Source: an uncultured Candidatus Binatia bacterium
GTDB lineage: Bacteria; Desulfobacterota; Binatia; UBA9968; JAJDTQ01
DNA length: 64,000 bases
Assembly (NCBI GenBank): GCA_965242525.1
Contig: OZ251459.1
Span: forward strand, 128,001-192,000
Direction of reading: 5' to 3'
Of the stretch, positions 40,319 to 48,101 are shown piece by piece (position 1 is the stretch's first letter; the number at the start of each line of letters is the position of its first letter). The notes under the pieces were generated by a model that saw only the letters and a list, made by a program, of their open reading frames with translations, ran no database searches and had not been told where the DNA came from. A program made the position numbers and the translations under genes.

Positions 40319-42463
40319 ATGGCAAACAACCATGAAGGACAGGAGGAAGTCCGTGCACTGCTGCACCGGGCGCAGTCGGAAGGCCGGTCGGTGCTCACCA
40401 CGCAGGAATGCGCCGCGGTGTTGCGGGCCTACGGCGTCGCCGTGCCCCGGGACGGCGTGGCCCGCTCGGCCGCAGAGGCCGCGGAGACGGCCGCGGAGTT
40501 GGGGTTTCCGGTGGTGATGAAGGTCGTCTCCGGGGACATCCTGCACAAGAGCGACGCCGGCGGCGTGCTGGTGGGGGTGGCCGACCGGGAGGCTGCGGCG
40601 CGGGGCTACGATACCCTCATGGAGAACGCCCGGGCCTACAAGGCGGACGCGGCCCTGGACGGGGTGCAGGTCCAGGAGATGGTCCCGCACACGGGCGCGG
40701 AGGTCATCGTGGGCGCGGTCACCGACCCGAGCTTCGGCAAGGTGGTGGCCTTCGGGCTGGGCGGCGTGCTGGTGGAAGTGTTGCGGGACGTGACCTTCCG
40801 GCTCGCCCCGGCGAGCCGCGCGGAGGCCCTCTCCATGCTGGACGGCATCGCCGCGGCCCAGGTGCTCCGGGGGGTCCGGGGCCGGAACCCGGTGCACCGG
40901 GAGGCGCTGGCGGACGTCATCGTCAGCGTCTCGGAACTGGTCAACGATTTCCCCGAGATCCGGGAAGTGGATCTCAACCCGGTGCTGGCGGACGCCGCTG
41001 GCGCCACCGCGGTGGACACGGTGATGACCGTCGATTTCACGCCGGGGCCCGAGCCGTACCGGCCGAGCCGGGAGGCCATCGTCTCCGCCATGCAGCGCAT
41101 CATGAACCCCAGGGCCGTGGCGGTGGTGGGCGCGTCGGACGGGGAGGGGAAGATCGGCAACTCGGTGATGAAGAACATCATCAACGGCGGCTATGCCGGC
41201 GCCCTCTACCCCATCAACCCCAGGTTGGACGAGGTCCTGGGCAGGAAAGCCTACAAGAGCGTCAAGGACGTCCCGGGCGAAGTGGACGTGGCCATCTTCG
41301 CGGTGCCGGCCAAGCTCTGCCGGGCGGCCATGACCGAGGTGGGAGAGAAAGGCATACCCGGCGCGGTGATGATCCCGTCGGGCTTTGCCGAGGTGGGCGA
41401 GAGGGAGATGCAGGAGGAGCTCCTGGCCGAGGCGCGGAAGCACGGCGTGCGCGTCATGGGGCCCAACATCTACGGCTTCTACTACACTCCCGCCAACCTC
41501 TGCGCCACGTTCTGCACGCCCTACGACGTCAAGGGTCCGGTGGCGCTGTCGTCCCAGAGCGGCGGCGTGGGCATGTCCATCATCGGCTTCAGCCGCACCA
41601 CCCGCATGGGCGTCTCCGCCATCGTCGGCCTGGGCAACAAGTCGGACCTGGACGAGGACGACCTGCTCACCTACTTCGAACAGGACGACAACACCCAGGT
41701 GGTGGCCATGCACGCCGAGGACCTGAAGGACGGCCGCAGCTTCTACGAGGTGGCCCGGCGGGTGTCGAAGAAGAAGCCCATCGTCATGCTGAAGGCGGGC
41801 CGGACGCAGCTCGGGGCCCGGGCCGCGGCCTCGCACACGGGCGCCCTGGCCGGCGACGACAAGGTCTATGACGACCTCCTGAGAGCCTGCGGGGTGGTGC
41901 GCGCGTACTCCCTCAACGACATGCTCCAGTTCGCCCGGGGGTTGTCGGTGCTGCCGACGCCCAAGGGCGAAGAGATCGTCGTCATCACCGGCGCGGGCGG
42001 GTCGGGGGTGCTGCTGTCGGACGCGGTGGTGGCCAACGGGCTCTCCCTCATGAAGTTCCCCAAGGACCTCGACGAGGGGTTCAAGCAGTTCATCCCCCCG
42101 TTCGGCGCCTCGGGCAACCCGGTGGACATCACCGGCGGAGAGCCCCCCGCCACCTACGAGCGGACCATCCGGTTCGGCCTGGAAGACGACCGCATCCACG
42201 CCCTGGTCCTGGGCTACTGGCACACCATCATCACCCCGCCCATGGTGTTCGCCGAACTGTGCGCCAGAGTGGTCCAGGAGGGCCGGGACAAGGGCATCCA
42301 CAAGCCCGTGGTGGTGTCGCTGGTGGGCGACGTGCAGGTGGAGGAGGCGTCGGAGTACCTCTACGAGAGGGGCATCGTCGCCTGTCCCTACACCACGGAG
42401 CTGCCGGTGGCCGTCCTGGGCGCCAAGTACCGGTGGGCTCGGGGCGCGGGGCTGCTCGGATAG
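40319..42463 (+). CDS. ADP-forming acyl-CoA synthetase (ATP-grasp domain first, then CoA-binding domain)
   Basis: FPVVMKVVS, HKSDAGGV, DLNPV, VVGAS, GPNIYG, SQSGG, ASHTGALAG, NPVDITG. Confidence 0.9.
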   Translation: MANNHEGQEEVRALLHRAQSEGRSVLTTQECAAVLRAYGVAVPRDGVARSAAEAAETAAELGFPVVMKVVSGDILHKSDAGGVLVGVADREAAARGYDTLMENARAYKADAALDGVQVQEMVPHTGAEVIVGAVTDPSFGKVVAFGLGGVLVEVLRDVTFRLAPASRAEALSMLDGIAAAQVLRGVRGRNPVHREALADVIVSVSELVNDFPEIREVDLNPVLADAAGATAVDTVMTVDFTPGPEPYRPSREAIVSAMQRIMNPRAVAVVGASDGEGKIGNSVMKNIINGGYAGALYPINPRLDEVLGRKAYKSVKDVPGEVDVAIFAVPAKLCRAAMTEVGEKGIPGAVMIPSGFAEVGEREMQEELLAEARKHGVRVMGPNIYGFYYTPANLCATFCTPYDVKGPVALSSQSGGVGMSIIGFSRTTRMGVSAIVGLGNKSDLDEDDLLTYFEQDDNTQVVAMHAEDLKDGRSFYEVARRVSKKKPIVMLKAGRTQLGARAAASHTGALAGDDKVYDDLLRACGVVRAYSLNDMLQFARGLSVLPTPKGEEIVVITGAGGSGVLLSDAVVANGLSLMKFPKDLDEGFKQFIPPFGASGNPVDITGGEPPATYERTIRFGLEDDRIHALVLGYWHTIITPPMVFAELCARVVQEGRDKGIHKPVVVSLVGDVQVEEASEYLYERGIVACPYTTELPVAVLGAKYRWARGAGLLG

Positions 42464-42508
42464 GGGGTCCGGGGACGGGCCGCCAACCACTTGCGGGAGG
42501 GAAGACTC

Positions 42509-43468
42509 ATGGAACGATTGCCTCGCGGGGCGAACTTTCAACGGAGCCTGATGCTGTGGCAGGTCGGGCTGCACATCGCGGGAGACCCGGCGACGCCGTA
42601 CTACGGCAACCGGGACATGTGCATCGCGGTGGGGAGCGGGTCTGCGGAGGACTTCCGCCCCTGGCTGCGCATGTCCACGGGTTCGCCCATCATCGCCCGT
42701 GCGGTGGCCCGGGGGGACCTGGAGATGGCCATGGTCAACCCTTCGGCCTTTCTCACCCAGGCGTACCGGGGCACGGGACTCTTCGATGAGCCGCTGCCTC
42801 TTCGGGTGGTGGCGTGCTACCCGTCCTGGGACCGTTTCGTGTTCATGATCCACCCGCGCACCGGGCTGACGTCGCTGTCGCAGATCAGGGAGCGGCAGTA
42901 CCCGCTGCGGCTGTCCATCCGCGAGGACGCCACCCACTCCACCCGGGTGCTGCTGGACCAGACGCTGGAAATCTACGGGTTCACGCTGGCGGACCTGGAG
43001 TCCTGGGGCGGCAGCCTCCAGCGCAACGGCGGGCCGGGGGACCCGCGGCGGCTGGCGGCGCTGCGGGACGAGACCATCGACGCGGTGTTCGACGAGGGTC
43101 TGGTGCTGTGGTTCGACCAGGCCCTGGAGCGCGGCATGGCGCCGGTGACCCCGGAGGACTTCGCCCTGGAGGCGTTGTGCGCGCTGGGTTGGCGCAAGGT
43201 GACCATGCCCGCGGGCTGCTTTCCTCACCTGGAGGCGGACCACACCTGCCTGGACTACGGCGGGTGGCCGCTCTATGCGCGGGCGTCCCTGCCGGAGGAG
43301 GACGTGTACCGGGTGTGCGAGGCGTTGCAGGAGCGTCAGGCCGAAATCTACTGGGAGAGTTCGTTCACGGGCATCCGGCAGTTGTGGAAGGACACCGAGG
43401 CCACGCCCCTCGACGTGCCGCTCCACTCCGGGGCGGAGAAGTGGTGCAGGGAGCAGGGTTACCTGTGA
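42509..43468 (+). CDS. TAXI-like periplasmic-binding-fold protein
   Basis: TGLTSLSQI, LPEEDVYRV and VPLHSGA C-terminal motif; no obvious signal peptide. Confidence 0.65.
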   Translation: MERLPRGANFQRSLMLWQVGLHIAGDPATPYYGNRDMCIAVGSGSAEDFRPWLRMSTGSPIIARAVARGDLEMAMVNPSAFLTQAYRGTGLFDEPLPLRVVACYPSWDRFVFMIHPRTGLTSLSQIRERQYPLRLSIREDATHSTRVLLDQTLEIYGFTLADLESWGGSLQRNGGPGDPRRLAALRDETIDAVFDEGLVLWFDQALERGMAPVTPEDFALEALCALGWRKVTMPAGCFPHLEADHTCLDYGGWPLYARASLPEEDVYRVCEALQERQAEIYWESSFTGIRQLWKDTEATPLDVPLHSGAEKWCREQGYL

Positions 43469-44922
43469 TGGACCTCCAGGACTTGACCATCGCCGAGGCG
43501 GCGCGCCGGATCGAGGCCGGCGAGCTCTCGCCGGTGGAGTTGACCCGTTCGTACCTGGAACGCATCCACCGCCTGGACCCCGAGATCAACGCGTACGTCA
43601 CCGTGACCCGGGACCGAGCGTTGGCGGACGCGGCCCGGGCCGAAGCCGACCTGGCCGCGGGGGGTTGCCGCGGCCCGCTGCACGGCGTTCCCGTCTCCGT
43701 CAAGGACAACTTGGCCACTGCGGGGGTGCGCACCACCGCGGGCTCGAAGATGCTGGCCGATTGGGTCCCGGACGAGGACGCCACGGTGGTGGCAAGGCTC
43801 AGGCAGGCCGGGGCGGTGGTCCTGGGCAAGACCAACCTGCACGAATGGGCCGCGGGTTGCTCCACCATCAACCCCTACTACGGCGCCACGCGCAACCCGT
43901 GGGACCGGAACCGGGTGCCGGGCGGCTCCAGCGGCGGCTCCGCGGCGTCGGTGGCGGCCGGCCTTGCGCTGGGGTCCATCGGCACCGACAACGCCGGCTC
44001 CGTGCGCAACCCCGCGTCCCTGTGCGGCGTGGTGGGGCTCAAGGCCACCTACGGCCGGGTGAGCCGCTTCGGCGGGGTGGCCGGCACCGGCGGTTACTCC
44101 ACCGACCACTTCGGCGTCCTCACCCGGACCGTGCGCGACAGCGCCCTGATGCTCCAGGCCATCGCCGGTTTCGACCCCCGGGACCCCCTGTGCAGCGACG
44201 CCCCTGTGCCGGATTTCGGCGCCCGCGTGGGCGAGGATGTGGCGGGCTTGCGGGTCGGGGTCGTCCGCGGCTACTTCGACGCCCTTGCGGTGGACGAGGT
44301 CAAGGAGGCGGTGGCGAAGGCCGTCGGGCTGCTGGAGTCCCTGGGCATGTCCGTGCAAGAGCTGTCGATCCCCCACATGGAGCACGTCCCCGCGGTGCAG
44401 AACTGCATCTCCCGGGTGGAGAACCTGTCCCCGGCCGAGCCCTTCCTGCGCGCCCGTCCGCGGGACTACAGTCCGGAGTTGTTGCACCGGCAGGTGCGCG
44501 CGCTGGCCATCCCCGCCCACGGCTACGTGACCGCCCAGCGGGTGCGTCGACTCATCTGCGAAGCCTTCGACGAGGCTTTCCGGCAGGTGGACGTGATCGT
44601 AGGTCCGACGGTGGGCATGCCCGCGGAGACCATGGAGGAGTGCCGGCGCGGGTACGTGGAATCGCCCGGGGGGCGGATCCCGTTGCAGGACGCCCGCGGC
44701 ACCCGGGGCACCCTGTGCACGATCCCGTTCAACCTCACCGGCGCGCCGGCCATCAGCGTGAACTGCGGGTTCTCCGCCCGGGGCCTGCCCATCGGCCTGC
44801 AGATCGCCGCAGCGCCTTTCGAGGAGCCGACCCTGCTCCAGGTGGCCCACGCCTACGAGCAGGCGGCCGGATGGTACGCGAGGAAGCCGCGGCTGGATCC
44901 CGTTGGAGCAGGCGAACCGTAG
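43468..44922 (+). CDS. amidase-signature enzyme (GatA-like)
   Basis: GPLHGVPVSVKDN, GKTNLHE, GGSSGGS, GTDNAGSVRNPA, GLPIGLQ. Confidence 0.92.
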   Translation: MDLQDLTIAEAARRIEAGELSPVELTRSYLERIHRLDPEINAYVTVTRDRALADAARAEADLAAGGCRGPLHGVPVSVKDNLATAGVRTTAGSKMLADWVPDEDATVVARLRQAGAVVLGKTNLHEWAAGCSTINPYYGATRNPWDRNRVPGGSSGGSAASVAAGLALGSIGTDNAGSVRNPASLCGVVGLKATYGRVSRFGGVAGTGGYSTDHFGVLTRTVRDSALMLQAIAGFDPRDPLCSDAPVPDFGARVGEDVAGLRVGVVRGYFDALAVDEVKEAVAKAVGLLESLGMSVQELSIPHMEHVPAVQNCISRVENLSPAEPFLRARPRDYSPELLHRQVRALAIPAHGYVTAQRVRRLICEAFDEAFRQVDVIVGPTVGMPAETMEECRRGYVESPGGRIPLQDARGTRGTLCTIPFNLTGAPAISVNCGFSARGLPIGLQIAAAPFEEPTLLQVAHAYEQAAGWYARKPRLDPVGAGEP

Positions 44923-45063
44923 GAACCGCTGAACAGTCGGGACAGGGGAGGCATGAGCGCGTCCTTCGACTCCGCTTCGCTACGCTCAGGACGAACGGGG
45001 ACAGGGGCCAGGGTGGAGGAATTGGGAACCCATCCCGGATGTCTCGGTTGTTCAGAGGTTCCC
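44921..45063 (+). mobile_element. MITE-like element, copy E
   Basis: TIRs plus core; the left end overlaps the amidase TAG stop. Confidence 0.8.
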
Positions 45064-45191
45064 GTAGCGGACGCAGGGAAACGGACCCGTTCCACTGCCT
45101 CGCAGCGGATTCCCTCTTGCCCGGAACGGCGTCCGGGTCAGCGGCAGGGGCGGTCCGGGAGCCGTCCCGCAATCCGGGAGGTACGACGACC

Positions 45192-46262
45192 ATGAGATAC
45201 CGGGACTTGGGAGTGCTGGTTTACGACAAGGCCAAGGCAACGCCGGGTTACACGCTGATCGTGCCGCAGTCGTCGAGGAAGGCGTACCTCATCGGGCTTC
45301 GGGGAGAGGTGCTGCACGAGTGGAGTTTTCCCCTGTGCCCGGGAAACTACGCCTACCTGCTGCCCAACGGCAACCTGCTGTGGGCCGGCCGGATGGAGGA
45401 GGGACCGCCGTTGCGCCGGGGCAAGGGCGGGCTGCTGCGGGAGTACACATGGGACGGGGAGGTGGTGTGGGAGTACTGCGACCCGGCCCAGCACCACGAC
45501 TTCCGCAGGCGGCCCGACGGCAACACCATCTACATCGGCTGGGAGCCGGTCCCGGCCGACGTGGCCCCCAGGATACGGGGCGGCCAACCCGGCAGCGAGC
45601 GCGACGGGGTCACCTACGGCGACTACGTGCGGGAGGTCTCGCCCGCGGGCGAGACGGTGTGGGAATGGCACGCCTGGAGCGGCCTGGACCTGGACCGCTG
45701 GGAGATCTGCCACTGCTGCGGCCGGGACGAGTTCGCCCACGCCAACGCCTGTTTCCCGCTGGAGGACGGGGGCGTGATGCTCAGCTTCCGACGCTTCAGC
45801 GCCCTCATGATGATCGACCGGGAGACCCGCAAGGTGCGCTGGTCCCAACAGGACGTGACCTGGGGCCACCAGCACGACTGCACGCTCCTGCCCAACGGCA
45901 ACGTCCTGTTCTTCGCCAACGGCATCCACGGCATCGAAAACCCCTTCTCCCGGGTCATCGAGCTCGACCCGGAGTCGGGCGAGACCGTCTGGGAATACCG
46001 GGGATCGCCCATCTGGACCTTCTTCAGCCCCAACATCAGCGGCGCCCAACGCTTCGAGAACGGCAACACCCTGGTCTGCGAGGGGCAGATGGGGCGCGCC
46101 TTCGAGGTCACCCGCGCGGGCGAGATCGTCTGGGAGTACGTCTGCCCGTACTTCGCCGACTACGAGGGCCGCGGCCCCGGCAACAGCATGTTCCGGGTCT
46201 ATCGCTACGCCGCGGACTCGCCGGAGATCCGCGGGAGGCTGGCGACGCCGGTGGCTTGGTAG
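45192..46262 (+). CDS. aryl-sulfate sulfotransferase (ASST-like beta-propeller)
   Basis: GGAGG RBS, ATG 45192; LPNGNLL, QHHDF, HAN, QHD, SGAQR, GNTLVCEG. Confidence 0.82.
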   Translation: MRYRDLGVLVYDKAKATPGYTLIVPQSSRKAYLIGLRGEVLHEWSFPLCPGNYAYLLPNGNLLWAGRMEEGPPLRRGKGGLLREYTWDGEVVWEYCDPAQHHDFRRRPDGNTIYIGWEPVPADVAPRIRGGQPGSERDGVTYGDYVREVSPAGETVWEWHAWSGLDLDRWEICHCCGRDEFAHANACFPLEDGGVMLSFRRFSALMMIDRETRKVRWSQQDVTWGHQHDCTLLPNGNVLFFANGIHGIENPFSRVIELDPESGETVWEYRGSPIWTFFSPNISGAQRFENGNTLVCEGQMGRAFEVTRAGEIVWEYVCPYFADYEGRGPGNSMFRVYRYAADSPEIRGRLATPVAW

Positions 46263-46307
46263 GCGCCCCGGGCCCACGGCGTCGGCTCCAGGCAAGGACT
46301 TCCAGAG

Positions 46308-47242
46308 ATGGACCCCGAAACCAGTCCGTTCCGACCCGGACAACCTGCGCCGGTGGAGTTGTTCGTCGGACGCAGCCGCGAGGTCGAACGCCTTTCGGCG
46401 ACCGCGTCCGCAAGGTGGGACTGTTCGGCGTGACGATCGAGTTGGACCTTGCGGACCGGGACCTTTCGACCCTCGCCCATGACTTCGTTCCGACCGTGGC
46501 GCGGCTTCTGGACGGCATCGGCAAACGGAAGAAGGGCCTCTTCCTGATCCTCGACGACATCAACGGCCTTGCAGGATCCGAGGGCTTCGCCGACTGGCTC
46601 AAGAGCACCGTGGACGAGATGGCCACGTCCCGGCGGAAGGCGCCGCTCTGTGTGCTGGTGGTGGGACTGGAAGAGCGGCGGCGGGAACTGGTGGCAAGGC
46701 AACCGTCCCTGGCCCGGGTCTTCGAGTTGATCGACGTTGCCCCGTGGCCGGACGACGACGTCATGGGTTTCTTCCGCAGCTCGTTCGGTTCCGTGAACGC
46801 CGCGGTGGGGGAGGCGGACCTGCGCGAGCTCGTCCGGTTCAGCGGCGGACTTCCGGTGCTGGCGCACGAGCTCGGCGACGCCGTATGGCGCAGGGCCAAG
46901 CGTCCCGACATCGGTTCGAAAGAAGTCCAGTCGGGCATCTGGACCGCGGCCGAGATGATCGGACGCAAGCTGCTGGAGCCCCAGGTCTTCAGCGCCATCC
47001 GCAGCGAGCGCTACCGGTCGATCCTGCGGAAGACTCTAGACGAACCCCGGTTGCGCTTCCGCAGGTCTGAACTGGTGGAACGCCTGACGAGCGGCGAGCG
47101 CAAGGTCATGGACAACTTCCTGCAACGCATGAAGCGCCTGGGCGCCCTGGAAACCGACCCCGAAGTCCAGGGCGGATACCGGTTCCCCAACCTCCTCCAC
47201 GCACTGTATTTCTGGATGGAGTCGCAGCGGGCCGCCCGGTGA
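46308..47242 (+). pseudogene. AAA/STAND-like ATPase pseudogene with an internal deletion
   Basis: The N-terminus MDPETSPFRPGQPAPVELFVGRSREVERL shifts frame near 46395 into FGDRVRKVGLFG...LFLILDDING (Walker B) and SGGLPVL. No Walker A is present. Confidence 0.75.
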
Positions 47243-47287
47243 GGTCCGCCGGGCGGGCGCGCCAGCGAACGTCCCTTCGAGGACCGT

Positions 47288-47341
47288 CCCCGGCAAACGC
47301 ATGTTTCGGGTGTACCGCTACGCTCCGAACTCGCCGGAGAT
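47288..47341 (+). repeat. degenerate direct repeat of the ASST 3' region (46175-46228)
   Basis: 46/54 identical, ungapped; MFRVYRYAPNSPE versus MFRVYRYAADSPE. Confidence 0.9.
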
Positions 47342-47373
47342 GCTTTCCGGCTCTTCCGGCTTTCGTGTGGGTA

Positions 47374-47515
47374 AGGAAACCCTGAACAATCGGGACAGGG
47401 GACATGAGCGCGTCCTTCGACTTCGCTACGCTACGCTCAGGACGAACGGGGATAGGGGCGTCAGGGTGAGGGAATCGGGAATCCATCCTGGATCTCTCGA
47501 TTGTTCAGAGGTTCC
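47374..47515 (+). mobile_element. MITE-like element, copy F
   Basis: TIRs AGGAAACCCTGAACAATCGGGACA / TCTCGATTGTTCAGAGGTTCC plus core. Confidence 0.8.
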
Positions 47516-47550
47516 ATAAGGCAGGACGGAAAGGGGAGCGACAGGGGTCA

Positions 47551-47888
47551 CGCCGTCATTGCTCCGTAGCCGCCCACTCCGTTATTCCCGCAGCCGCCCA
47601 CGCGCGTCCTTCGACTTCGCTACGCTACGCTCAGGACGTAGACATCTGCCCCGTCATTCCCGCAGCCGCCCACCCCCGTCATTCCCGCGAAAGCGGGAAT
47701 CCAGAGAGAGAGAGAAGGCGTTCAAGAAATGGAATCGGGCATGGAAGATCGAGCTGATCGAGAAGAGTAATCCGAGCCGGAGAGGTTTGTACAACGAAAG
47801 CGATGAAACTGGATGGATTCCCGCCCCCGCTTCCGCGAGGACATGCTTTCGCGGGAATGACGGAGGTGGGCTTTCGCGGGAATGACGG
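47551..47888. repeat. GTCATTCCCGC-type REP cluster flanking a GIY-YIG remnant
   Basis: Repeated CGTCATTCCCGCAGCCGCCCAC units; CGTCATTCCCGCGAAAGCGGGAATCCA at 47677-47703; inverted TGGATTCCCGC...GCGGGAATGAC at 47814-47888; a solo MITE core at 47602-47638. Confidence 0.8.
47710..47800 (+). pseudogene. C-terminal remnant of a small GIY-YIG nuclease
   Basis: REKAFKKWNRAWKIELIEKSNP matches the REK.lK.W.R.WK..LIE..NP C-terminus; the N-terminus is missing. Confidence 0.75.
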
Positions 47889-47974
47889 CGTGGGGGTACA
47901 AACCGGGAACATGGTTTACACAGGGTCACCCCATTGAGGCCCATGAAGGCGGGAGAGATCGATGGGATTCCATC

Positions 47975-48015
47975 CCCGTTTGTCCTGAGCGTAGCGAAGC
48001 GAAGTCGAAGGGCGC
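47975..48015 (-). repeat. solo copy of the MITE core palindrome
   Basis: CCCGTTTGTCCTGAGCGTAGCGAAGCGAAGTCGAAGGGCGC. Confidence 0.75.
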
Positions 48016-48101
48016 ACTCTCCTTCTGGAACAGGGTTGGGGAGAGGGCGCGGGCAGGTGCAGTGCTTGCATGTCAGGCCGCACTCGGCAACAAAGGATGC
48101 G

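Noticed and set aside
43468-44922. Calling the amidase gatA
   Set aside because: No gatB/gatC neighbours and a variant TDNAGS motif; a generic amidase is more likely.
44953-45195. Small ORFs containing SASFDSASLRSGRT (also near 10345, 13986, 15900, 47600, 51790)
   Set aside because: Translations of the repeat core, not a protein family.
47301-47519. ORF MFRVYRYAPNSPEM...
   Set aside because: It is the duplicated ASST 3' fragment running into MITE copy F.
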